From NCBI GenBank assembly GCA_964649365.1, contig CAZYPJ010000001.1:8881-60464 (forward strand): a DNA stretch of 51,584 nucleotides, given 5' to 3'. Shown here one piece after another: positions 1 through 10,466 of the stretch. This DNA is from an uncultured Anaerolineales bacterium. Its GTDB lineage: Bacteria > Chloroflexota > Anaerolineae > UBA1429. Positions within the stretch are counted from its first letter, which is position 1, and every line of letters starts with the position of its first letter. Under the pieces are notes generated by a model. It made no database searches, was not told the origin of the DNA, and worked only from the letters and a program-made list of their open reading frames with translations. The position numbers and the translations under genes are program-made.

Positions 1-282
1 CCTACTGTGGAGGGGGTAACGACTCCCACTGCTGAGGCATCTACAGGCGATGCCTCGGGCCTGGGCGTTGGCGTCAAAGCCAAAGTGACCGGCACGGGCG
101 GATCGGGGCTGAACATGCGCGCCGGCGCTGGCACCGGCCACGCTCGCGTCAAGACGTTGGGGGATAACACCGTGGTCGAGATCATCGGTGGGCCTAAAGA
201 AGCCAATGGCTTTACTTGGTGGCAGGTGCGGGATGAAACGGGCACGACGGGCTGGGTGGCGTCCAAGTATCTGACGCAATAG
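1..282 (+). CDS. 3' end of a gene whose product ends in a bacterial SH3 (SH3b-like) domain; 5' end lies outside the window
   Basis: Frame 1 is open from base 1 to TAG 280-282; the track ORF 7..282 is only an internal GTG. The tail VKTLGDNTVVEIIGGPKEANGFTWWQVRDETGTTGWVASKYL has the W-x-V...GWV...YL pattern of SH3b domains. Confidence 0.55.
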   Translation, partial: PTVEGVTTPTAEASTGDASGLGVGVKAKVTGTGGSGLNMRAGAGTGHARVKTLGDNTVVEIIGGPKEANGFTWWQVRDETGTTGWVASKYLTQ

Positions 283-311
283 CCCTAGCGCTCGCCTCGA
301 TGTGTATCTTT

Positions 312-352
312 CCCGGCCAAGGGCGCGGCGCGCTCTTGGCCGGGTTGTTGTT
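312..352 (+). terminator. Rho-independent terminator candidate after the SH3 gene
   Basis: Perfect 10-bp GC-rich inverted repeat CCCGGCCAAG (312-321) / CTTGGCCGGG (335-344) with a 13-nt loop, followed by TTGTTGTT. It starts 30 nt after the stop at 282. Confidence 0.5.
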
Positions 353-396
353 GCACGGCAGAGGGATTTCGCCCGGATTGGGGTTACGCTCTATGA

Positions 397-2532
<2,136 letters not shown>

Positions 2533-2541
2533 GGTCGCGCC

Positions 2542-5091
2542 GTGGCTGATGTGCGCCTCGCGCTGGAAGCATTGCAACGTTCTGATATGGCGTCTTATAT
2601 TACGTCTTGGCGCGCCATCGCGCCACGCCCGGCGCGCTATGCCGATCCGCCAGGGGCGCTCGATCCGCGCTTGTTGGCCATGTTGCACGCCCAGGGAATT
2701 GAGCAGCTTTATACCCACCAGGCCGAGGCTGTGCGCGCAGCGCTGGCGGGCGATAGTGTAGTAGTGGTGACGCCTACAGCCTCGGGCAAAACACTATGCT
2801 ACAATCTGCCTGTGCTCCAGACATTGCTCAACGACCCTAACGCCTGCGCGCTCTATCTTTTTCCCACCAAGGCGCTGGCCCACGATCAATTGCACGCGCT
2901 ACACGCCAGCCGTGATGTGCTGGGGCTCTCTGTCTCCATCGAAGCCTATGATGGCGATACGCCGTCGGGCCGCCGCGCCGAAATCCGTCGTGCAGCGCGC
3001 GTGGTGTTGACCAACCCCGATATGCTGCATGTGGGCCTGTTGCCCTATCATGCGCGCTGGCAGCGTTTCTTTCGTAATCTGCGCTACGTGGTGCTTGACG
3101 AGATGCATCACTATCGTGGCATCTTTGGCAGCCACGTGGCCAACGTGCTGCGCCGCCTGGATCGCGTTTGCCGCTTCTATGGTGGACATCCCCAGTTCAT
3201 TGGTTGTTCGGCCACTATCGCTAACCCCGCCGAACTCGCCGAGAAGCTCACCGGCCAAGCTGTAACCGTCGTCGCCGATAACGGCGCGCCCTCGGGCGCC
3301 AAGACATTTGCCTTTTACAATCCGCCGGTCATCAATCAACAAATGGGACTGCGCCGCCCCACCCTCGGCGAAGCGCGGCTTCTGGCTAACCATTTCCTCG
3401 ACCGTGACGTGCAAACGATCATCTTTGCTCGCTCGCGGCTGGCTGTCGAGCTGTTGCTGGTTGCTCTGCGTGACGACGCTCGCTTGGCCGGGCGCGCCCC
3501 GGCGCGACTGAAGGGCTATCGCGGCGGCTATCTCCCCGCCGAACGGCGGCGCATCGAAGCCGGCTTGCGTGATGGCGAGGTTAGTGGTGTGGCGGCCACC
3601 AACGCGCTGGAATTGGGTGTGGATATCGGCGGGCTGGCAGCCTGTGTGATGGCGGGCTATCCCGGCGCGATTGCCAGCACATGGCAGCAAGCTGGCCGCG
3701 CTGGGCGCGGCTGCGACGAGAGCGCTGCTATTCTGATGGCATCGTCGTCGCCCTTGGATCAGTACATTGTGACCCATCCCGATTACTTTTTTGGCCAATC
3801 GCCCGAACGTGCGCTGATCAATCCCGATAACCTGCATGTACTGCTCAGCCATGTGAAATGCGCCGTCTATGAGCTGCCCTTTACTTGTGATGAGCGTTAT
3901 GGTGGAGAGGATGTACAAGAGATCCTGCGCTATCTGGCTGGAGCGGGTCAGGTGCGCCAGACCAAGGGGATGTGGTATTGGTCTGGCCCGGGAGACCCAT
4001 CCCAGGAAGTGTCGTTGCGCACCGCCGACCCCAATCGCGTGACCATTGTAGAAGGCGAAGAAGATGGGCGCGCCCCGGCGCGGCTGTCTATCGGCCAACT
4101 CGACCGTGCCAGCGCGCCCGCGCTTTTGTACGAGGGCGCGATCTACTGGCATGATGGCCAGCAGTATCTGGTCGAAACGTTGGATTGGGAGGGCGGCTTG
4201 GCCCAGGTGCGCCCCGTGTCGGTGGATTACTACACCGAGGCTACTCGCAGTAGCAGCATTCACATTGAGCGGGTGATCGAGACCTATCGGCGCGGCGCAG
4301 CGCAATTAGCCTGTGGCGAGGTGACCTTTACTTCGCGCGTCACCGGCTATCGGCGGATGCGCCTGGGTAGCGCTGAGCATCTTGGTTGGGGCGAGGTGAA
4401 CTTGCCCGAACAACAGATGCTCACTACCGCCTGCTGGGTAATGTTGCCGCAAAAGCTGGTGGATCAACTATTGGCGGAAGGTTGGTGGATGGGCGAGCAG
4501 GTTGGCTCGCGCGGTCCCAACTGGCCCCAACAGCGCGACCTGGCGCGGCGACGCGACCATTTTCGCTGCCGTTGGTGCGGCGCCGCCGAGCGCCCGGAGC
4601 GTCAACATGACGTGCATCATCTCGTCCCCTTTCGTGAATTCGGTTGGATCGCTGGCAAAAATGAGAACTATCGCCAAGCGAACCAGATTGACAATCTCAT
4701 CACCCTTTGCTCCACCTGTCATCGTCGCGCCGAGCAATCGGTGGCCGCGCAAAGCACCCTATCGAGTTTGGGCCGCGTGTTAGGCCACTTGTTGCCACTC
4801 TACTTGATGTGCGACCCGCACGATGTAGGCATCCTCACCGAAGTGAAAGCGGCGCAAACTGGCCTGCCGACGATGTATCTGTACGACAACGTGCCCGGCG
4901 GCGCGGGCCTCAGTGAGCAAACGCCCGATTTGTTCCTCGAACTGCTGGCCAAGTCCGCCGAATTGGTGCGCGATTGTCCTTGCGCGGCGGGCTGTCCCTC
5001 GTGTATTGGCCCTGCGGAGCAGGGCAACGATCTTGCAAAGCAACAGGTTCTGCGCCTTATATCTGAAATACAGGATTCATCAGCAGATTAG
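2542..5091 (+). CDS. DExH-box SF2 helicase with C-terminal DUF1998/MZB-type module (MrfA/YprA-like) carrying an inserted HNH nuclease motif
   Basis: 849 aa, with a GTG start 9 nt after the ligA stop. Motif I is TPTASGKT, motif II is DEMH and motif VI is QQAGRAGRG. The C-terminus has MYLYDNVPGGAGL...DCPCAAGCPSCIG (4-Cys DUF1998 signature). Between them lies CRWCG...HDVHHLVP...NLITLCSTCH (HNH). Confidence 0.9.
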   Translation: MADVRLALEALQRSDMASYITSWRAIAPRPARYADPPGALDPRLLAMLHAQGIEQLYTHQAEAVRAALAGDSVVVVTPTASGKTLCYNLPVLQTLLNDPNACALYLFPTKALAHDQLHALHASRDVLGLSVSIEAYDGDTPSGRRAEIRRAARVVLTNPDMLHVGLLPYHARWQRFFRNLRYVVLDEMHHYRGIFGSHVANVLRRLDRVCRFYGGHPQFIGCSATIANPAELAEKLTGQAVTVVADNGAPSGAKTFAFYNPPVINQQMGLRRPTLGEARLLANHFLDRDVQTIIFARSRLAVELLLVALRDDARLAGRAPARLKGYRGGYLPAERRRIEAGLRDGEVSGVAATNALELGVDIGGLAACVMAGYPGAIASTWQQAGRAGRGCDESAAILMASSSPLDQYIVTHPDYFFGQSPERALINPDNLHVLLSHVKCAVYELPFTCDERYGGEDVQEILRYLAGAGQVRQTKGMWYWSGPGDPSQEVSLRTADPNRVTIVEGEEDGRAPARLSIGQLDRASAPALLYEGAIYWHDGQQYLVETLDWEGGLAQVRPVSVDYYTEATRSSSIHIERVIETYRRGAAQLACGEVTFTSRVTGYRRMRLGSAEHLGWGEVNLPEQQMLTTACWVMLPQKLVDQLLAEGWWMGEQVGSRGPNWPQQRDLARRRDHFRCRWCGAAERPERQHDVHHLVPFREFGWIAGKNENYRQANQIDNLITLCSTCHRRAEQSVAAQSTLSSLGRVLGHLLPLYLMCDPHDVGILTEVKAAQTGLPTMYLYDNVPGGAGLSEQTPDLFLELLAKSAELVRDCPCAAGCPSCIGPAEQGNDLAKQQVLRLISEIQDSSAD

Positions 5092-5231
5092 CCCCTTTTC
5101 CGTGAGTATTTCGTGAGAATGTCATGATATACTGGGCTATAAAGTGAGCAAGCTGCCTTTTGCTTGCGCACACGCTCGGCAATGACGCCGATGGATTTGC
5201 AAGAGCGAACCTTTATAGATAGAGGCTGCTG

Positions 5232-6524
5232 ATGATGAAAACACTATATGCTCACAACTTGAGCGCCCGCGAGTTCGAGCTTTGCGACGTTCCTGAAACC
5301 GATAGCCTTGAGCGCCGCGATTGGACCAATCTATCTCTGGCGTTAGTTCAAGCTGAACGTGACGAGTTGCGTCTTCAGCTAGAGCGCACCAACGCCGAGC
5401 TGGCAAGGATGCGCGAGCGGACGGTGCTTTGTGAGGGTCTGGCTTCGATTGGCGAACTTGTTAGCGGCGTGGCCCATGAGCTAAACAACCCCCTCACCAC
5501 TGTGATCGGCTATGCTCAGTTGCTCCAAGCTTCGGGCACTTCTGATGAGATGCGCGCCGATCTAGACATCATCAGCCACGAAGCGGAGCGCTGCCATCGG
5601 ATCGTGCAAAATCTGCTCAATTTGGCGCGTCAGAAAAAAGTCGAGTTAGGACCGGTGGCGCTGGATGAAATGATCCAGCGTACACTGGAACTTAAAGCAT
5701 ATGGGTTGCGCGCTGATAATATCCGTGTGACGCTAGAAACGGAAGCAACTCCGCCAGTGTTGGGCAATCCTTACCGCTTACAGCAGGTCCTGCTTAATTT
5801 GGTGAACAATGCGCACGATGCGATGGCGCAGGCACACGGTCGGGGTATGCTTACCATTGGTTGCCGAGTAGTGACGGGCAAAGCGACCCAAAAAGTGTGT
5901 GTGAGCGTAACCGACGATGGCCCGGGCGTCCCTCCTGGTGTGCGAGAGCACATTTTTGATCCTTTTTTCACTACTAAACAGGAGGGAAAGGGCACTGGTC
6001 TGGGGTTGACCATTTCGCGCCAGATCGTACAAGAAATGGGCGGACAATTAGTGCTAGACACGACCTATACGGGCGGGGCGCGTTTCCTGTTAGAGTTGCC
6101 GATAGACACATCGGGACGCACCCGCGACTCGGATATACCCCGAATGCGTGCGACTTGCGATTCCAAGACTCGCATTTTGGTGGTTGATGACGAGGTTGAC
6201 CTGGCCGAATTGACGAGCCGTGTGTTGGCTTCTTTAGGCTACCAGACGCTCCATGCCGTCAGCGGCGAGGAGGCTTTGTCGCAATTGGACGATTGCGACC
6301 TGGTGGTGCTTGATATCAAAATGCCTGGCATAGATGGTCGCAGTGTGTACGACCATATCTGTCAAGGATATCCTCATCTGATCGGGCGTGTGTTGCTGAC
6401 CACCGGCGACGTAGTCAACACCGAGACCAAAGGATGGGCTGAGGGTACCGGTTGTACGGTGCTGGAAAAACCTTTCACTATCGAGCAACTGGCCGCTGCT
6501 GTGGAGCACGCGCTGATCCTCTAG
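5232..6524 (+). CDS. Hybrid sensor histidine kinase / response-regulator receiver (no TM or recognisable sensor domain)
   Basis: 430 aa. Has an N-terminal coiled coil, the H-box SGVAHELNNPL, the N-box NLVNNAHDAM and G-boxes DDGPGV / GTGLGL. A receiver domain follows: ILVVDDE...DLVVLDIKMPGIDG...LEKP. Confidence 0.9.
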   Translation: MMKTLYAHNLSAREFELCDVPETDSLERRDWTNLSLALVQAERDELRLQLERTNAELARMRERTVLCEGLASIGELVSGVAHELNNPLTTVIGYAQLLQASGTSDEMRADLDIISHEAERCHRIVQNLLNLARQKKVELGPVALDEMIQRTLELKAYGLRADNIRVTLETEATPPVLGNPYRLQQVLLNLVNNAHDAMAQAHGRGMLTIGCRVVTGKATQKVCVSVTDDGPGVPPGVREHIFDPFFTTKQEGKGTGLGLTISRQIVQEMGGQLVLDTTYTGGARFLLELPIDTSGRTRDSDIPRMRATCDSKTRILVVDDEVDLAELTSRVLASLGYQTLHAVSGEEALSQLDDCDLVVLDIKMPGIDGRSVYDHICQGYPHLIGRVLLTTGDVVNTETKGWAEGTGCTVLEKPFTIEQLAAAVEHALIL

Positions 6525-6538
6525 TTTCCCCGAGCGAT

Positions 6539-6567
6539 TTGCCTGGTTCGCACATTTGTGCTATCAT
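6539..6567 (+). promoter_or_regulatory. Sigma-70-type promoter candidate for the ABC exporter operon
   Basis: -35 TTGCCT (6539-6544), 17-bp spacer, TG-extended -10 TGcTATCAT (6559-6567). This would give a roughly 185-nt leader before ATG 6759. Confidence 0.35.
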
Positions 6568-6587
6568 GGCCATTTGTCACCTCAGCC

Positions 6588-6681
6588 AAGGGGGTAAAAT
6601 GCCCATGAATAGCCTCCGTCGCGCCTAGCCCCGTTTCACTTATCGTTCACTGCTGCTCCGAATCTATGCGATTCGGGGCAG
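6588..6681 (+). promoter_or_regulatory. Leader elements upstream of the ABC exporter: 9-codon uORF plus a 12-bp stem-loop
   Basis: AAGGGGG (6588-6594) is followed by ATG 6599..TAG 6628, encoding MPMNSLRRA. A stem CTGCTCCGAATC (6653-6664) / GATTCGGGGCAG (6670-6681) has a 5-nt loop and one G-U pair. Confidence 0.25.
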
Positions 6682-6758
6682 CATCCCTTGCCCTACTCAC
6701 CTTTCGCGCGCGCCTGGTTTCGGCGCGCCGCCCAGATGTGCCGCAAAGGATCATTGTC

Positions 6759-8522
6759 ATGGGAACAATGCGCCGCTTGGCCAGTTATCTCCGCCCGTAT
6801 CCGTGGTTGATCGCGCTGCTGGCCGCCAGCATGTTGACTGGTCTGGCTGCCCAAATGATTTTGCCGCGCTTGTTGAGCGTTGTCATTGATCGGGGCATCG
6901 GCCTCAAGAACATGCAAATGGTGCTCGTTTACACCGGCTTGCTCTTGGCCGTTTCTTTTGGGCGCGCCGCCGCTCACTGGTGTCAAGGATATGCGCAGGA
7001 ACGCCTGGGGCAAGAGGTCATTCGTAAGTTGCGCCATGAACTCTATGTACGTTTGCAACGCCTCTCATTCACCTATCACACCATCAATTCCACTGGCGAT
7101 CAGATGTCGCGTCTGACGAGCGACCTCTATTCGATCATGGACTTTTTCGGCTTTGGCCTGGCCGAGATGATTTCGTCGGCTCTGGTTTTCACGGGCACTA
7201 CGGTGATGCTGTTGCTTACCGATTGGAAGCTGGCCCTGGCAGTGATGTCACCTATCCCCGTGCTGATGTTCTTTGCCTTTCGCTTTAGCGGCATCGTTGG
7301 CCCAGCCTGGGAAAAGATCCGCGAGGAGATGGGCAAGCTCACTACCACATTGCAAGAAAACATTAGCGGGGTGCGCCTGGTCAAATCGTTCTCGCGCGAG
7401 ACGCACGAGATCGGCAAATTCGACATTCGCAATACTGCTACCCTCAGCGCCAACCTGAACCGCGCCGATATCGAGAGCCATACCTTCCCCTTGCTGACGT
7501 TCATCACAGGCTTTTGCTTTCTGCTGCTCTATGCCTACGGCGGGCGGCGGGTCATCGCTGGCACCTTGACTTTGGGTACGCTCTTTGCCTTCAACTCGTA
7601 TATGTGGGGGCTGATCTGGCCGGTGCGTTTTGTGGGGTGGTTGATCTCGCTGGCGCGGCGCGCCACCGCCGCCGGGCCGCGCGTGTTTGCCATCCTTGAC
7701 GCCAAGCAGGAAATCCCCGAGGCCGAGAATGCCCCCGAAATGCCCCCCATCGAAGGGCGCATCCGCTTTGAGAATGTTCATTTCAAGTTCGAAGATGGCG
7801 ATGGCGCGCCGGTGCTCAATGGTCTCAATATGGAAGTAGAACCTGGCCAGGTGATCGCCATCTTGGGGCGGACGGGAAGCGGCAAATCGTCGGTCATCAA
7901 CCTGATCCCGCGCTTTTACGACCCGCAAGAGGGGCGTATCACGATTGATGGCATAGATATTCGCTCGGTCAAGTTGCCCAGTTTACGGCGGCAGATCGGC
8001 ATCGTGCCGCAAGAGACTTTCTTGTTCTCCGATACGGTGCGTAACAACATCGCTTTTGGTCGGCCCGATGCCGCGTTGGAGGAAGTACAGGCCGCCGCCG
8101 AAGCCGGCCAGGCTGCCGAGTTCATCAGTAAGCTGCCCAAGCAATACGAAACGCGTGTGGGCGAGCGCGGCATCGGCCTTTCGGGCGGGCAAAAGCAGCG
8201 TATCGCTATCGCCCGCGCCTTGTTGCCCGACCCACATATCCTGATTCTTGACGAGGCCACCTCGTCGGTGGACGCCGAAACTGAGCACGCCCTGCAAATG
8301 GCGCTCGACCGTGTGATGCGCGGGCGCACCAGCATCATCATCGCCCAGCGCCTCAGCACGGTCAAGAACGCCGACAAAGTGATCGTGCTCAAGGACGGCG
8401 TTGTCGTTGAAGAGGGCACTCACGAGGAATTGTTAGAGCGCGGCATCGAGTACAAAGAGATCTATAACCTGCAATTGCGCCCGCAGGAAGAAGCTTTCAG
8501 CGATCAGCTTTCGGCGAATTAA
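6759..8522 (+). CDS. ABC exporter subunit (fused TMD-NBD, type I exporter, MdlA/YheI/BmrC-like)
   Basis: Walker A is GRTGSGKSS, the signature is LSGGQKQRIAIARAL and Walker B is ILILDEATS. The H-loop position reads AQRLS (Gln, codon 8346-8348). I moved the start from the track's 6666 to ATG 6759, which has AAAGGA 8 nt upstream. The product then begins MGTMRRLASYLRPYPW, typical for this family. Confidence 0.9.
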   Translation: MGTMRRLASYLRPYPWLIALLAASMLTGLAAQMILPRLLSVVIDRGIGLKNMQMVLVYTGLLLAVSFGRAAAHWCQGYAQERLGQEVIRKLRHELYVRLQRLSFTYHTINSTGDQMSRLTSDLYSIMDFFGFGLAEMISSALVFTGTTVMLLLTDWKLALAVMSPIPVLMFFAFRFSGIVGPAWEKIREEMGKLTTTLQENISGVRLVKSFSRETHEIGKFDIRNTATLSANLNRADIESHTFPLLTFITGFCFLLLYAYGGRRVIAGTLTLGTLFAFNSYMWGLIWPVRFVGWLISLARRATAAGPRVFAILDAKQEIPEAENAPEMPPIEGRIRFENVHFKFEDGDGAPVLNGLNMEVEPGQVIAILGRTGSGKSSVINLIPRFYDPQEGRITIDGIDIRSVKLPSLRRQIGIVPQETFLFSDTVRNNIAFGRPDAALEEVQAAAEAGQAAEFISKLPKQYETRVGERGIGLSGGQKQRIAIARALLPDPHILILDEATSSVDAETEHALQMALDRVMRGRTSIIIAQRLSTVKNADKVIVLKDGVVVEEGTHEELLERGIEYKEIYNLQLRPQEEAFSDQLSAN

Positions 8523-8552
8523 CCGCTAACCGCCCGATCAAGGAGGGCATAA

Positions 8553-10367
8553 GTGGCTGACCAATACGAAGAGATCGAAGAAGTACAACAAAAACCCTTT
8601 AATTATGCCTATCTAAAGCGGATGCTCGCTTATACACTGCCCTACCGCAAGCAATTCATCGCGGTCATCGGGGTGATGGTCATTGGCAGCGTGTTGCGGC
8701 TGATGGAGCCTTATCTGTTGCGCATCGCCGTGGACGAAGGCATCACTGGCAAGAACGAGCGCGTGCTCAACATCGTGGCTGGGCTGTGGATGGCTTTTCA
8801 ATTGATCGGCGCTTGGGCCGAATATGTTCGCATCAAAATCCTGAACCACACCGGCCAGCACATTCTGTTCGATCTGCGCCAGGAGCTGTTCAACCACATC
8901 CAATGGCTCTCGCTGCGCTTTTATGATGGCCGGCCCGTAGGGCGCATCATGGCGCGCGTCACCAACGATGTCGAAACAATCAATAACCTCATCAACGGCG
9001 GCTTGGTCACTATTGTCTCGCAGAGCGTGAGCTTGGTGGGCATTGTTATCATCATGTTCGTGCTCAACTGGCGGCTGGCGCTGATGGCCTTTGCCGTCAT
9101 CCCTGGTTTGGTGTGGATCGTAGCGCGCCTGCGCCCGCGGATGGAGACGGGCTGGCGCAACGTGCAACGCGCCAACTCGAACATCAACGCCTATCTCAAC
9201 GAATCGCTCACCGGCATCCGTGTCAGCCAAGCCTTTGCCCGCGAGCCGAAGAATATCGCCAAGTTCGACGAATTAAACAACAGCTACTACGACCTGTTCA
9301 TGAAAGCTATCAAAGCCGAGATCATCGTCTGGCCCCTGGTGGATGTATTCGGCCAGATCGGTTCCTGCCTGGTGCTGATGCTGGGTGCGTGGCTGCTCAT
9401 TCGCGGCGAGCTGACCGTGGGCTATATTATGGCCTTTACCGATTACTTGTGGCGCTTTTGGGAGCCGATCTCGGCCATCAGCCGCGTCTATAGCCGCGTG
9501 CTGAGCGCCATGGCCTCAGCTGAGCGCATCTTTGAGTATCTCGATACCAAACCCGAGATTTTCGACGCTGCCGACGCCTCGGCGTTGGGAGAGATTCGCG
9601 GCGAGGTGTGTTTTGAGAACGTGACTTTTCGCTATGAGGATGGCAAAGAAAATGTATTGTGCGGCATCAATTTTACTATCGCGCCAGGCCAAACCGTGGC
9701 GCTGGTCGGCCCTACCGGCGCCGGCAAGACGAGCATCATCAACCTACTGATGCGCTTTTATGACCCGCAAGAGGGCCGCGTGTTGGTGGATGGCCGCGAC
9801 TTGCGCTCTGTGAGCCTGGCCAGCCTCCGCAGCCAGATGGCGCTGGTGCTGCAAGATTCGTTCCTCTTCTCCGGCTCGATTGCCGACAACATCCGCTACG
9901 GCAAGCTCGACGCCACGATGGAGGATGTCGAGCGTGTGGCCCAGGCCGTGCAGGTGGATCACTTTGTGCAGAACTTTGCCGACAAGTACGAACACCAAGT
10001 GAACGAGCGCGGCACGCGCCTATCGGTAGGGCAACGGCAGCTCATCAGCTTTGCGCGCGCGCTTCTGGCCGACCCGAAGATCTTGATTCTGGACGAGGCT
10101 ACGTCGAGCGTGGACACCCAGACCGAGAGCATGATCCAGGCGGCCATGCACCGCCTGCTGGAGGGACGCACCGCGTTCATCATCGCCCACCGCCTCAGCA
10201 CCATCCAAAAAGCCGATTGCATCATGGTGATCGAGGATGGCCGCATCGTCGAGCGCGGCACACACCAGGAACTCTTGGCGCTGGGTGGCTCTTACGCCCA
10301 TCTTTATCGCCGCCAGTTTGCCGCTTGGCAGCCGAAGGACGCAGAACCGGTGGCGGCAGCATCGTAG
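8553..10367 (+). CDS. ABC exporter subunit (fused TMD-NBD, MdlB/YheH/BmrD-like), partner of the upstream gene
   Basis: 604 aa, with GTG 8553 preceded by AAGGAGGG. Walker A is GPTGAGKTS, the signature is LSVGQRQLISFARAL (non-canonical Val, codon 10026-10028), Walker B is ILILDEATS and the H-loop is AHRLS. Confidence 0.92.
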   Translation: MADQYEEIEEVQQKPFNYAYLKRMLAYTLPYRKQFIAVIGVMVIGSVLRLMEPYLLRIAVDEGITGKNERVLNIVAGLWMAFQLIGAWAEYVRIKILNHTGQHILFDLRQELFNHIQWLSLRFYDGRPVGRIMARVTNDVETINNLINGGLVTIVSQSVSLVGIVIIMFVLNWRLALMAFAVIPGLVWIVARLRPRMETGWRNVQRANSNINAYLNESLTGIRVSQAFAREPKNIAKFDELNNSYYDLFMKAIKAEIIVWPLVDVFGQIGSCLVLMLGAWLLIRGELTVGYIMAFTDYLWRFWEPISAISRVYSRVLSAMASAERIFEYLDTKPEIFDAADASALGEIRGEVCFENVTFRYEDGKENVLCGINFTIAPGQTVALVGPTGAGKTSIINLLMRFYDPQEGRVLVDGRDLRSVSLASLRSQMALVLQDSFLFSGSIADNIRYGKLDATMEDVERVAQAVQVDHFVQNFADKYEHQVNERGTRLSVGQRQLISFARALLADPKILILDEATSSVDTQTESMIQAAMHRLLEGRTAFIIAHRLSTIQKADCIMVIEDGRIVERGTHQELLALGGSYAHLYRRQFAAWQPKDAEPVAAAS

Positions 10368-10424
10368 CAACCCAACAAGCTTGGTGGCGCAATGGCTGCG
10401 CTGGGGCGCGGCGCTCCCGAAATC

Positions 10425-10466
10425 AACACCCGAGGGGCTTGTGACGCCCATCGGGTGTTTTGTTGA
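10425..10466. terminator. Hairpin between convergent ABC and LVIVD genes (terminator candidate)
   Basis: 9-bp stem AACACCCGA (10425-10433) / TCGGGTGTT (10451-10459) with a 17-nt loop that has extra GGGC/GCCC pairing, then TTTGTTG. Confidence 0.4.

Noticed and set aside
2899-4305. 468-aa ORF on the minus strand
   Set aside because: It is entirely antisense to the helicase gene, which has unmistakable SF2 motifs. Its Arg/Ala/Gly/Gln-rich low-complexity translation is typical of shadow ORFs in high-GC DNA.
5137-5406. 89-aa minus-strand ORF between the helicase and the kinase
   Set aside because: It overlaps the kinase start region, has no SD and no recognisable motifs, and its composition is typical of noise.
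6666-6758. Upstream extension of the first ABC gene (track start 6666)
   Set aside because: The ATG lies in the loop of a 12-bp hairpin and has no SD. The added 31 aa have no counterpart in this transporter family, and ATG 6759 has an SD.
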